This document shows, in pieces, positions 12,221 to 25,800 of a DNA stretch of 64,000 nucleotides (position 1 is its first letter; every line of letters begins with the position of its first letter). This stretch comes from Ramazzottius varieornatus. Lineage: Eukaryota > Animalia > Tardigrada. The translations under genes were made by a program, and so were the position numbers. The stretch lies in NCBI GenBank assembly GCA_001949185.1, contig BDGG01000005.1, forward strand, positions 62,001 through 126,000. Reading direction: 5' to 3'. The notes beneath the pieces were generated by a model. The model did not search any database. It saw only the letters and a program-made list of their open reading frames with translations, and was not told the origin of the DNA.

Positions 12221-12821
12221 TAGTGGGTTCAATCGGTTCAAGCCCGCCTCCGTGGTCTATTCCGATTGGCGCAGCATATCATCGCAGCAGCGAAATTCCC
12301 ATCAAGTTCAGACGGTTTTGTGGCCACTAAATGAACAGTACGGCTTCGCTCCAATGACCATCTCAGGGGCCTTGAGACGAAACAAGGTCCTCCTGCATGC
12401 ACAACAGCCGATCGGGAACACGAACCGGAAACTAAGGGCGAGAAAGGGTCCAAAGGGAATGAAGAGATGCAGCAGTTTCCAAAAGTACACGTACTAACAT
12501 ACATAGTTCGAGTAAGTACTTCTCGGACCAACAGCGCCGGTATGTGACTTCCGGTGTACGTGCCTGACTATAGTACTTATTACTTTGACCGTCTGAGGAT
12601 GGTGTTGATTGATTGACCACCCATACCGCTCTCTTGATTGAGACGATCGTCTCATAGTCTCGTTCTCGTTTTACGGAATTACGGTATCGTCGCAGATTTT
12701 TCACTCCCGTCAGACCACCAAGAACCTGTTCTTGTTCTCAAGGTGATCAGGTCGGAACTAGACGGAGCTGTTGTGCATCAGGCTTCAGACTATTTGAGGG
12801 GAACGCGAGAGTGGCGGGAGG

Positions 12822-14068
12822 ATGGATTTGCTGGCTCACTTGAAGCCGCGTGTGTTATGCAAGCTGTCACCATTTAGAATATCTCACTGTATTTCTAGGA
12901 CTCGATGGCAGTCCACATCTCCAGCTTCGGTGACGGGCGAAGCTATTCGAGAAGCAGCGGAGGCGGTCACGGACAGCTCAGAGCCGAACCTGTTGACCAC
13001 CGTGGACGAAGATGCTCCTCCAGTCCACGTTACCGAAGCAGGCGAAGTGTACGATGCTGTCCGTATAGCCCGAGACGTATCCAGAATGTATCCCCATGTC
13101 AGACAGAAGATGAAGGATGTCAAAAAACCACCGCCTGTCCTATTCGAATTCCAGAAAGAAAAGCTGTACCTGAGGAAGACTTATGCACGCTACGGCAGGG
13201 AGAGCGGAGTTGATCCTGGTGTCATGTGGCCGAGCAAGGAAGAAATCCGGCAGATGATCAAACACGATCGAGATTTGGGCATTCCCACCTTGCAGGTATC
13301 GTACTATATTAACAGAACATCGAAGTTCAACTCGAGCTGTTCAACTCGTAATGATCTTGGTACGTCATACATTAACTTGGCGTTTGGAACTGGTCGATCT
13401 AAGGTGACCGGAAGTGGGTAGTTTGCTTTTAGGCCTGGATCGCTGTCCATGTCTTTCCGCAAAGCTTATCCACGTATACTCTTTTTGCGTCTCGGCATGT
13501 ACGACGCAACGTGGGCTAAGTGCCCGCTGCCTGCGATGATCGGTCTGATAGATTTTTGTACGAAATCGAGACTCCAGACATATTCACTTCCAGTGGGGCT
13601 TGTGCAGTGGGCTAACTGTGTATAAGCTACGTGTCAACTAAAGTAATACGTGGCTTAGCAGAATGTGAGGTTTGATGATTGACCAATAAAGTTTTTCTTT
13701 TGAAGGAATCTTGGGTTCGTGTCCTTGACAAACGGAAGAAAGAATTGGAAGACCGAAGAGCGCGTTTTGAGAAGGTTAGCAAGAATATGGCAAAGATGGA
13801 TGCCGAAATCAAAGCCTTCCACGATCGCAAACGCAAGGCGGATGAAGCACTGCAAGTGGAGAAAGAGAAACGCGAAAAGCTGATGGACGAAGCCAAAGAG
13901 CTGCTGGGTTTCCACGTCGATCCGCGGGATAAACGGTTCCAGGAACTCCTCGAAGCCAAGGAAAAGGAACAGAAAAAGCTCCAAAAGACGCAGAAGAAGA
14001 AGGAGAAAGAAGCGAAGCTTGTAGCCCGCTTAACTTCTGTGGATCAGTCGTCTTCTGACACAAGTTAG
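12822..14068 (+). CDS. GADD45GIP1: Growth arrest and DNA damage-inducible proteins-interacting protein 1 (CRIF1, mitoribosomal mL64), 2 exons (12822-13295, 13706-14068)
   Basis: Mitochondrial-type N-terminus, the motif YLRKTYARYGRESGVDPGVMWPSKEE, and C-terminal EAKELLGFHVDPRDKRFQELL with a Lys/Glu-rich coiled coil. The phase-0 GT-AG intron spans 13296-13705. Confidence 0.9.
13410..13629 (+). ncRNA. Candidate structured intronic RNA, 7SK snRNA-like
   Basis: 5' GGAAGTG pairs with CACTTCC (13585-13591) in an extended stem with G-U pairs. Paired GATC/GATC motifs lie at 13438 and 13538, with nested internal stems and a 3' hairpin after the closing stem. Confidence 0.5.
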
Positions 14069-16634
14069 TCCAAACCGTTCTCGTATGAACGTCATGTTGG
14101 CTTCCCGATTGAGAATAGAACTTATGATAAACTTGCAATTCACAGTTCCCTCGGTTGGGTGCCAGTGCCACCTGCCACTCCCGTTTCATAGTATACAAAA
14201 GGAACGGTTGATACAAGACAATTTCTCGTGTTAATGAAGTTGACACTGCTCGTACCGTAAGTGAAACCACTCTGGCGATAGGCATTGCTGTGGTGGCAAA
14301 CGGGGTCTGGCTCATCTCCAAAGATCTGCGGTTCAGGTTGCTTCCTAAGATCAAAGCTTTTTGCTAAGAAGGCCGTCCTTCGACCAACCTAGCGGCCCAG
14401 CGTGGGTATTGAAGCGAACTGAAGTTCTTATCAACGGGGACCCTCGCCAAGTAGGCAGTGGAAGATCTATTCGTCATTACAGCCGGAACTGCGTCTCGAT
14501 GTGGCACTCCAGTTGGAAGGGCACATCACTCGGCGAATTATGAAAACCTGTACCCGTGCACATCGTTTCACAAGCGGAAGACCTTTTCTGAAATAGACAG
14601 CAGCATGTCCGAAGCTTGAGTGCCTCCACCAGGAACTGTACGAGAGTCCCTTCCTACTGGCAAGACATCAAAAATGCAATAAAGCATCAAATCCTTAGTT
14701 TTGGAACTTATCAACAGAGCTTCTGCGTGTAAGGACACTTCGACAGACATTTCCTACAGGTGTCTCTTTCAGAGTCCGATGGGAATGTTGATCATCTGCA
14801 TAAAGTATCAATACTAAAGTGGATAAGAGAACCGTGTACGAAGCTCTGCGACTACTCTCTGGTGAAGTCTTTTCATTCCTGACGCCTGAACTTTAGGCGA
14901 TGAGGAACTCGCTCGACTGATCGGTGGCCACCTTCTGCACACCATCATCGGTCGACTGCAACAAATTTTAAAAGCCTGCTCCTCCAAAGACCTATGCTGG
15001 CATAGGAATCTCCTAAGGCAATTAGCATATTCTTTGTTTTGTTTCAATAATATCTTTATTTCGTAAAATGACTCTACGAGTTCCGATCTCGACGCAATTA
15101 TGCACATGATCATCTAGTCCAAGATGGCGCAAGACTTTCTGAGCATTCCTCTTTACAGTGTGCGGACTTTCCGGAACTATGCATGCACTTTTCGCGTTCT
15201 GTAATTCGGTGTCCTCTTTGGTTTGGTGTTTCGCCTCCGTATTCGTGGATCTCTTTCAGAACGATAGCGTTCGACTGTTGTACAGCGAAGAACAGGTCAT
15301 ACAGTGGTAGTACTCGACGTAACGAACGGTCATTTTTCTAGCTGGAATTGGTCGGAGGACCTAATGGTGCTGACCTATCCCGAGTGACACAACTCGTTGT
15401 GTCCACTGAGTAGACTCATAGCGCTCTTCAAGGACTTCATGGTGGAGGACTGGAAGGCTGAGTGTGCTGACCAGTACCATCAGTATGTACGCCGACGTGA
15501 TTACTTAATACCCATTTCTGGTCAGTGCAATGCGAAGATGGTAGTAATTTTTAGCTACGCTTGTAGATACGCTCAGGGATCCCGTCGGACTATGGAGCAT
15601 GGCAGTCTTCGTTCTTGTATTAGTAGCCGTCCTTGTCCGCCGTCGTTCAAAAGAAGAGGATGAAAAGCAACACTGTCTACGTCGTTTTCCGGCTCTCCGG
15701 AACCTAAAGCCGAAAAGATCAAACAATGAAGACTGAATTATTCATGTGGTGTTTACAAACGACCAGATGGCGCTTCGCTCCGTCTGCCACCGGTATGGCG
15801 TTTCTGCGGATCCTGATTGACTTCAATGAATTTTTGTTCAGATTTTGCGACAGCGTTGACGTTTTCTGCTCGTGAATATGTGCCAGGATGCTTTTCTACC
15901 TGTTTTTTATGTCAAAAATGCAAGCTTGCTCGGGACCTGCTACGCCGTGACTTAGTATGTCATGCCGGTGGCAGACTGACCGAAGCGTCGTCTGGTTGTA
16001 CCATTAAATTTGTCCGAAGTGAAAGTCTTTGTCGAATTTCTGCGGCTTTGTGCCTCTGGTTTCGAATTCCTTGCTATTCGAGTGGGCTATAGATCTGGTG
16101 AAATTCACAGATATTTTCGGTTTTCATCCATATTGTCAAGAACCACGTTTAGCACGTGTGAGAACTAAAACCCACAAGGGAACCTGGTCAGTCGCCAGTA
16201 ATGATGGTAATGAGGTGGTCAGTAATGATGGTACTGAGCTGTAAATCAACGATGGTTACGACACGTTCAAGACACCGTGAGTGGAGGGACTTCGGACAGC
16301 CGTAATGGATGTGGGCCGCGATTACGTAATCGTAAAACCTGTCCGCGAAGGCCGCTGATCCAACTGGTCGGCCATGCAGGGGCCTATCAGATCCTGCGTG
16401 AATTTCGGCGGATCACAGTGTGCTATACTGTACAGTGTACAGCCAACGGTGTACGTACTGTACTTCGAGTCGGTATCCATTCAACGATCGTGATCCCGCC
16501 CCATTACTGCATGGTCAGTCGCTGTACAGAAGAGCTTTACCGTCCGGTGTATCTACGCCGAAACAACTTTTCCAGCATCTTGCGCGTTATCTAGCGGAAC
16601 CATGGTCGATATCAAGTTGGATTTTGTGACGGAG

Positions 16635-16665
16635 CGGTCAATTCAGTGTTTATAAGTAGTTTGGT
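16635..16665 (+). promoter_or_regulatory. Putative core promoter/initiator (TCAGT) of the nephrin-like gene
   Basis: TTCAGTG at about 16641, about 165 nt upstream of the inferred signal-peptide ATG. It matches the invertebrate Inr consensus; the short motif is weak evidence. Confidence 0.3.
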
Positions 16666-16808
16666 GCTTGGAGCGAAGAAGAAATTAATCAAAAGTCAAC
16701 ACAATTTCCATCAAAAGAGGCCTGTCAAGCTGCCTGATCAAGACGCAAAGCCGGACGATATCATCTGCTGCCCGCAACAACACGCTTTCGCCGCGCTCTT
16801 CTTCCATC

Positions 16809-19800
16809 ATGCCTTCATCCCGACCCACGGGATCTTCGTCATTCCCATACGTCCTTAACATCCTCTTGTGTGGATCTTTACTTCAACTTCAAGGTAAGCC
16901 CTAATGCGGGATAAATAGCTGTGATTAATGCGAAATTATCCGACCGTCTTTGCTGGTAGATCTTCGCAGTTTCAGTCGGGACCTGCCTATGGCAGGCCGA
17001 ACTGGACAAACTGGAATGTGTAATATTTCCGGGTTCGCCGGTGATTGATGAATTTGTGGTTGAGTTTTCGTGGTTCGGTATGAATGAAGGGCTTCTCCAG
17101 CTTCGGAGAAATGCCGAGAAAAGGTTTTCGGCAAAAATTTTGCGGGAGTTCGTCCTTGATTGGGGATTTGATGGATGGCTTGCTGGTCGTTTGATTGACT
17201 GGAGAGGGTTCTTCCCGGTTTGACGTGTCCGTAGTCGCAGGTGTGTAAACGAACCAACTATATACCTTGATGGCGGTATGCATCGACAGTGTCATTGACG
17301 TTTGTTTATTGGAAAATTGAAATGACGAGAGGAGGAAAAAAGCGTGTTGGTGCTATTAAAGGGATGTCAGTTAGGAAGGCTAAATAACGCGTGTGTGCCA
17401 AAGATAAGCAAACGAATCGTTCTAACAGGTCTCTGACAATTGGATCAATATTCAATATATACTGGGTCTTGTGTGGATGTCAAAGACCAGTTTTTTCGTG
17501 AGATCACTCCGCAAGTAAGCACTGGTGGAATTTGCGAGAGTTTAGAGAAGCGTACTTATTCAATAAGGGAAAAAATTGGCTCAAACTAATTTCCACAAAG
17601 TGACTCTGTCAATTTGATTTGTCGCATACGGCTGGTTCATTCCAGCGAACCCACTCTCGTCGAAATATGGTCCGTCGAATACATATATTCTTCCTGCCCA
17701 GCTGAGACCCAGAAGAAAATGGATTGACTTGATTGTTCGGCCATTCTCTGTTTACCAAAGGGTGCAACGAGCGCTGCTAACCAAAGAGAAGAGTGCGCTT
17801 CTTCCTCTTGTCCCGCCGATAGATATATTCTTTACACAATAAAATATTCGTCCCCGTCCGCATCTTGCCACATCCTTCTTTTCGTCTCTTCCCTATTCTT
17901 TGAAGCTGTAAATTGCCTTATAAATGACAGATTGTGCCACCGCAAAAAGAACTTGTGATCGGCAGCTGTGTGGAAAGAAGGAAGCTGAAGTTGAGCCATA
18001 AATGGGATCCGCGACAAGAGAGGACAGGACATGAAGGAGTCAAGGAGGAAGAGGACAAACGGCGCCTTAACGAGCAGAAAGTAAGTACGGTGAGGGACCC
18101 GATGGTGGTGCTGTATTGGGCAATTACCACTTTAGTGTCTGATTACTTTACGATGAAAGATCTGATTAGCGCCGTCGTGTTCTTCCTGCTTTATCGCACT
18201 CAACGCCCAACACATGCTCTCCTTCTTCCACATTCCTAAGATTACGGTCTTTCCTCCAAATCCCCAATTCTTTCTCCGCGTTTCCAAACAAGGAAGTTCG
18301 GAAGGTTCCGTACGAAAAAAGTCGGTGAAGAGTTGAGAAAGATGCGAGGGAATCTCGGCCTTGTCTGGCTTGCTGGACAGTGGTAATTTCATTGTACGCT
18401 TGACTGGCTCTAAAACTTGATGGACACAGACAACAAATATGTTTATAACTGTCCGAAGCATGGACATTATGCGATTTGAGTCTGGGTGAAGATGGGGCCC
18501 GAAGACGCTCGCTCATCTTTTGCTTTCCTCCTTCAGATAGAAAAGCTTTCAAGTCTGTCTTTATATTACAGGCGTGCATTTAGTTTGTGTATGATGAGGA
18601 AGAGCGCTCTGACGCCTTTTACTTTACATGTCCACAGAGGATCCCACAAATAATGTGATAGGCATGTTCAATTTTCCAGCAGTAGTCAACGGGAAAGGAT
18701 TAGGATTTTCTTTCTGACATGACGGTGGTGGTTGAAGTTGAAGACGCTGTGTGAAAAAGGAGGCAGGCGTGATCATGGCCGGATCGCTCCGTCTTACGCT
18801 CACAATGGCGTTGATCAAGGCAATCTGATCCAATGCCAGCTAACACGTACGCAGCATCTCGCGTTTCCGCCGTGGCTTTTCATCGAGAAGACGCGACGAG
18901 TTTTTATGTTTGCCAGCCGCTCTCGCAATTGACCCAAACGTGTAAAGTTGTGACTTGTGCGCCACTTGATGGAGGTGCGGGCGAAACCGGCCACGGGTCC
19001 TTGTCAAGTGCTTGCGGAGGCTGCGTGGCGTACTCGCGTACGTGTGATACTCGCAACAGGCGAAATACGAGCTTTGGTTCCGCACAAAAAAAGCCCAGTA
19101 AATTTCATAACGAACGAAGAATAATTCCTAGATGACGGAGTCACTTCGTTGCGAAGAAATATTATTGCGCGTGGGGAACTCGCGGTGTGGGCGGAAGGAA
19201 GAGCGCTTCGAGTAGTTATAACTATATCGCCTCATTGCTCATCTACAAACGAAACAAAATGCAAAGTACACAAATTACACCACGCAACTGTGTAATCTGC
19301 CCCGTTGAAATCGATATAGTAAAGTCCTCGCGCCAATAACACGTAACAAGTTTCCATCCCTAAGCTTGGGCGTTATACAAATAAACGTATGCAACACTGC
19401 AGAGGAAAATTTGGTGAAGTGACCGCTGGACTGTGGGTTGGACAAGACATGAGTCCCAGACTTGTTTTGAATTTTGCATAGGCTGGAAGGGAATATGTGT
19501 GGCTCCAATTGCAGGCGGATATGCTCTAATGGAAAGCAATCCAGATTTTAACGATAACGACTTCCAGATTTGTCTGGCTATGTACTTGCAATGAGTAATA
19601 AATCGCCCAATGTTGTGACACAACGCTGGTCGAACCCACTATGAAGCCATTTTTGATGCGGCCAACGTACATTTAATTCTGATGGGTCCGTAGGCGGATT
19701 AATGTAATATCGAAGGAAAGCTCTGGAATGGCCTTTTCATCGGCAAAGTGACTGCTGGTCAAGATATTGCGCATTCTCGAGAGCGGAGAATGTTTAAGTG

Positions 19801-22800
19801 CAGAGCGCGGAGAGGCCATATTTCCGCAGTGCAAATTTCTGACAGACACTTGACAATATCCAGTCATGGATAGGCTGTAATTACTCCCGTGGCAGCTAGC
19901 CTTCAATCCATTATGCGTTTCAAGACTTTTTCCCCTCCTGAAAGAGAGGTGCCACTGCTTCCGTCCCTTCTTGACTTGTACGTGCTTTCCTTTGATGAAT
20001 TTGAGCGCTCTTCGGTTCGAGCTATATTTAACCACTCGAGATAGATCTCATTTACAGTCCATGCCGGAGTGGACTGCGGAAAATATTTCCGAAGCCCGCG
20101 AAGGAGGAATTTGAGGGACAAGAAAGTAAGGTATGATCGGCTACTGTACGTTCTAACGAGCGCCGGTTTGAAACAGTCGGTGGGCCATTTTCATAAGCAG
20201 GATGTGTCTCGTATGGAATCATCTGTCTCTTTATACCTTTAGTAGGGGTATTGTTCAGCTAATGAAAAGAGGAGGAAGAAATATCACAGACACAAATATC
20301 CATGGTCCAGGTGTAACACGAGAGGATGCAGGAAAGATATTGTGCCCGATATCGAACTCCTGTTGATATGTACGGGAGACTTTTGATGTGAGGTAGGATC
20401 GTGTAGCAATTATGAGTGATATGGCCGGCTTGAATGGAGACTTTTGATGGGGCGCAGCATTTACAATGTTGCAGTTTCGGGACAAAAGATCAAACGCCAC
20501 TTAGCGCAGTGTTGTTTCCCCTCTTCTCCCGTTTATGACCAGTATATTCCCGTTTTTACTTAATGCCTCCCTGTCGCCGGGCCCAACCATGATGGCTGTT
20601 TGCATTATCCCGAACACACCTCGGACTCTCCCTGTGGAGTGGCCGGTCGTCTGTTCGAGATGCGGTGCATCAGGGATTTAGAAGTGACAATATTGAGTTT
20701 GAAGGACGGGTATCAAAGTGAAGGGCTCGTCGAGATGTCCACGATCGAAAAATCTGGAGTAGGTAGACCGAATGCTAAAAATTTCATGCACCTGCATACA
20801 TGGCACTGCTCGTTTTCAATGACTAGGCTGTATGCAGGTATATGAATGAAGGGCGTTTTCCGTCAGCCAGTCTCTCGTTTGGATTCTGAGCTGCTGGCAA
20901 GATAGATTGATTCTTGAAAGCGGACAAAAATCATGGCCTGGTTATTGAAATTAATTCAAATGTCAAAAATCCCCAGCTGTACTAGTTTGTCGTGTGATTT
21001 ATAGGAGACGGAAAAAAATGGTTCTAGACCATTTGGTAACGTTGTGAAAGCACGTATGGCGATGTGTGCGATATATATGCTTATCGCCTCGCTGATATCT
21101 TCTCCGGGGAGTGTTTAGAAGCATGTTTTGGTGATCTAGTTTTGGCTGAGAAAAATGAAGCAGGAAGGAATTTACGACGGGACGAACCATGGGGAGCTGT
21201 TGAGTTTTCAACGGAGCATAATTGATAATTAATCATGAATATTCATAGGCATTCAAGCTCGGCTTATCAGGTGTAGATGTGTAAGGCCCAGACTATAGCG
21301 CCTAGAGAAACTTGGTCAAGAGACTCATTAAAACCACATTCTATAAATAAATTTGTCGAGCTTTTGCTCTTCATGGTGATGCCCGCCGTTCTGTGCCGCA
21401 CTGTATATTCGTTGCTACGAATCATACTAGCTGCGGAGATAAAATGTGTGATTTCGGTGTATGGGGCAAATGAACAGTAGATTAGGAAAGCTATTATAAG
21501 GATGCAGAAAAGGGACGATGGAAGCATTGGAAGAGCCAGCGAGGAAAAGTGTGTCAGTAACAAATTGGCTTTGTCTGCCATTTTTACGGCTGGCAAATTT
21601 CCGGCATATGCAGCTCGTTATAACAATGAAGGCGGATTCGGGCCATGCAATATTGGCTATACTGTATGGCCGAATGTGCAGCTAGCTCTAATTGAAATGT
21701 ATTGGTACTGTGCGGCTTGAAGAACCGACATGAAAAACGGCGATAACGGTGAGCAAATAGAGACGTGTGTTAAGAGCACCTCCTGGCGTTGCTGCACTGC
21801 TGATGCTGATTCTTGGCCGCGGCGTTAATCAAAAGTTGATGGACAAGAGATGCGAATAATCGCTCTTGTATAGCATGATGGAGGCTTTATGCATTGAGAT
21901 GTGTGAGCGAGCTGACGGGTCTTGAAGCTTTGCCGAACGAGTAGTGAAAGAAACAATGAAGTTGTTATCAAAGGACCACGAGGGCCTGCCATTCAAGTTG
22001 GGATTGTTACCGCAAGAAAAATATTGAGAGTTTATGGTGGAAGGTCCGAAGAGAGCTGAGAGGGCTTGGTCAAAAGTTAGTGATCGTTGGCTATGAAAAT
22101 TCATGCTGACGTTTGTGTCGGGAAATTCTTCAAAGTTACGCTTTTCTTCAGAGACCGGTTATGTGGAATTTGCAGAGGAAAAAGTGTGGCTTTGTGGTCA
22201 CGCTTGTTTGTTCAAGGAGAAAAGAAGAATCCATTTATCACAATGAGATTTCTTTCACTGTGAAATCGGCATCGAATTCATGATAATTATTGTTTTCATT
22301 TGCTGAAGACAAATTTTGAAAGTGATCTGGAAACTTCTGAGCCGTTTGTTTAACTAGGTAATATCACCTTGTGTTCTGAAGTTACGCCCTGTTTGATTTT
22401 CGCGATGGAAATTGAATGCCGTTCATGAGAGCGATAAAGAACACTCGAGGGGCATGTAGCACGGTGTTTTAGTGCGAGCACCTGAACGGTGTGACAAGTG
22501 AACATCTTTTAAATTGTACAGCGATGCTAATCAAAAGTGCAGGTACTCAAGGTAACCTAGCTTTGAAGCGAAGCGAGAGATACTGGTTAACCTCTGATCT
22601 TGCAGTTCATAATGCGACGGCAAACATGGCGGAGAAAAAAATCTTGAGAAGCAGCACAGCGTATAGCGTGCCTTAATGTTCCTCTTGACAAAAAAATTAG
22701 ACACGCGTAAAAAAGTGATCATGACACTCGGATGGAGGCTACTGTAGAAAGGAAAGATGAGTGAGTGGAGAACAGAAATGGCAGAGCAAGCGAGGAGATT

Positions 22801-25800
22801 AGCAGCAAAAAAACACATGACACGAGCGATTACGGTCTGCGGCGACATGGCAATTACAATCCACCGCAGTTGTCTTTGCAGTTCTCGGACCATAACTGCG
22901 CCGTCTTGCCTTCCACCGGCTTTTAGCTTATGCGGAATATAATAAGCCTTGTCCGCTCGTTTGTTGTCACGTCAGGGTCTCCGAAGAATTCTCGCAACTC
23001 TGCTCATCCATTCTCATTTAATATTTTCCTCGTATGATGATGGAGAGCAACATGACATGATTAGAGCACTCCACGGAACCAACACTGTAATTTGCCACTG
23101 TATAATGCGCCTGTCAGCTGCGTCTTTTTGACGACCCGAACTAGCCATAATAGGGTTTCTTGACGATCTGTTGGGCGTGGACACCCCACTCAACCGGCGC
23201 ACAGTCACGCGCGAGTTCAGCAGGGCACATCTAGTATGCGGACAAGAATGTTCAAGACAACAACTTTTTGCGCGAGATGATCTGGGTCTGTTGTTCTTGC
23301 TTATAGAATTCTGTTCGACGAGTTGAGGTAAGTATGAGCAAGAACCTTTCAGTTCATAGTATGGCTTTTGGATCTTGGTTTGTCGGCTTGTTCTGCTTGA
23401 CTAGTCTCTACGCAGTCAGCCTTGAAATATTGGGAAGTCTTCAGTGATTCGGAACTTAAGTCGCCTTCACAGTGAGAGTTCGTCGCACTTGACTCTGACA
23501 GATATTTGAAAGAATAATCTTCTCGACTCGAGACTGAGCAATTAAAATTGTGAGACAAGCGAGTGCGATAAGGAAAGGTTATCGCCGTGGGGAGCCAGGA
23601 GACAGTTTGGCCTAGGGAGTCTTCGGTCAGTCTGGTTACGTCTTTGCTTGTGTGCGCAGCGTCTGTTGATACTTCATACTCTGTGGTATTGTGGGTCGAT
23701 CTTCCGGTCAATCTCAAAGTCAGTTCGCTGTTGCTCATGTCATACCTCCGTTAACAAATATTTCTCAAGGCTATGGCAACTAATCAGTAGAAATGTCAGA
23801 TGGAAAAACAGCACGGAATAATTATTGTATTTCGCTCATGCCGGCATGGCTGCCATTGAATATTCTCCTTGGCAAGAATGTCAGCCATGTTCGTTCAACA
23901 TGGGAAATTTGCGACTGTGTTGAGTTTTAACAAGCAATTAACATGTCTTAATAGGCCATGTCGGACATTCTTCAGAGAGTCTGACGAACGCTCGATCGCC
24001 TGGAAAAGTGGCCAAAAAAACATGTTGCACTGGGGAATATTCACATAATTTAGACGGAAAATAACAACCAGTTCTTTTGTTGTTTAGCTATTGCGAAAGA
24101 AGAGGGCTTCTCGGTGGGAATTGAACAAACAGCTTTGCTCGCTGTTTTTGCTCGACGAGCGGCAGATTTAGCGAGCTTACTTGTGCAAGACTCGAGAGGC
24201 AAATCCTTAGACCCAGATAATCTCAAGCTCCATTTCATTCCCTGTCAAAAAGTCTTGACGTGAAGCCTTTTCAGCGATCGGCGGTATAAAAAGGCTAGTT
24301 GGTCATTTCAACGGCTTCCGAGGCTGAAGGAGAACTGTACGCCGCTGAAATCCCGTAATCGATTCTAGAATGAATGCAGAGATGAAAGGCTGAAGTAAAA
24401 CGGGCGGGTAGCGCAGCTGTCCTTTATCGAGCTTTTCCAGTCCACCGGAGCGTAGAAGGCCTTACTCTGCGCCAGTCCAAAGTTTACGACAACTTCTGTG
24501 GTCTAGGGTGATGGACGAAATTTAAACTGGATTTTTTTTATAGTTCGAGGACAATAAGGAAAGGTCGGAATAGGGCGAAGTGGGTCATAAATCAGGTCTG
24601 GCGTTACACAGCCAGGCTTTAACAGCTTTTACTGACCATCATGAAGATTGAATGGATTCTCTTGATGATCCTGGAGACAGTTTAGGCTTTTACATTATCG
24701 GTCCTTGTGGCGCGCTTTCCTTGATGCGCCAAAGACCATTAAGGAAATCAAGCGATAATTGAAGTTATACCTGCACACACAGACTATGGAATGCTTCGCG
24801 GCGGGAGACCGACCGAAGACGAACCCTTGCGAATCCATCCTTAGAAAATTATCCGAATATTCGAAGAAGATTCTGAAGATGCGAGGCGGGCAAAGCACAA
24901 GAGGGAAATGGCGACCGGTGGGGGGTAGAAGAAGGAATTGTAATTCAAGTATGTGTGCTTTGGGGGATTCAAGATGGGCATCTGAAGGGGTTTCCCTCTT
25001 GTGAAATGACCATACGTGCACCATCACGCCGGGATGCTCGTCCATCTGTCAAGTAGAATAACGCTAAGGTCTCTCCAGACCTTTTACCCTGAAAGAGCGC
25101 CGGTCTAGCGCATCTTCTGCTCGTCAGCTATATTCGAACTTTATTAGCGCGTACGCAAAAGAAAACTTTACATAGAATGATAGAATATTCGAAAAACGAA
25201 GCAGAAATTGTGAGAAAAATCTGCACTTGGTTTAGAAGAGCTTTAAAAAATATTCTGGGATCGCAGTTGAAGATGGATGATCTACGAAAATCTTCTTGAG
25301 GTTCAAGCGAAGGTATTAGTGAGTGTTATCAGCAGGCACCAGTGGGACTTTGAAAAATAATGTTGAAATATTGAAAGCTCTTGATAGATCGATCGCCTAG
25401 AGTGCTAAATGAGTTTTTTCTTATAGGTGTTTATGCTTCTCGTAAAACCGACAAGGAAGCCTGCTGATCGAAATTGTCGCTACTTGAGCTTGCAGATATA
25501 ACATTTTGTGTGTAAAATGACTCGAGAATGAGATACAGTTTGCGAAATTAAGTGAGCAACAGCGGCTATTTTATCGTCCATTTTGGCTTTTCATGGCGAT
25601 GCTTGAGCTACGACGGGCCGTAAAATATTTATGAAAGACACTGGTGCCGTAAATTTCGTTGGGTCTGACATTTCGTTAGCCTTCTTGTCCCTTCATGACG
25701 GATGAACTCGTTAGGTGCTGCACCTCCAAGACGTTCGCTCGTGTGAGAACGCGACGAATATTATTTTGCACAGGGAAAAATTGTAAGTGTACCTCCGGGT

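Noticed and set aside
13410-13629. Alternative identities for the intronic RNA (RNase P/MRP, SRP, U1/U2/U5, tRNA)
   Set aside because: Their diagnostic motifs are absent or in the wrong order. An Sm-like ATTTTTG at about 13552 was noted but lies inside the closing stem.
14400-15113. Possible decayed hAT transposase fragment on the minus strand (LPT..SAT..RS-like words)
   Set aside because: The resemblance needs several assumed frameshifts and cannot be supported without a profile search.
15120-15740. Exon-like pieces with a hydrophobic segment (LWSMAVFVLVLVAVLVRRR)
   Set aside because: I could not assemble a stop-free spliced model. It may be a gene relic but is unsupported.
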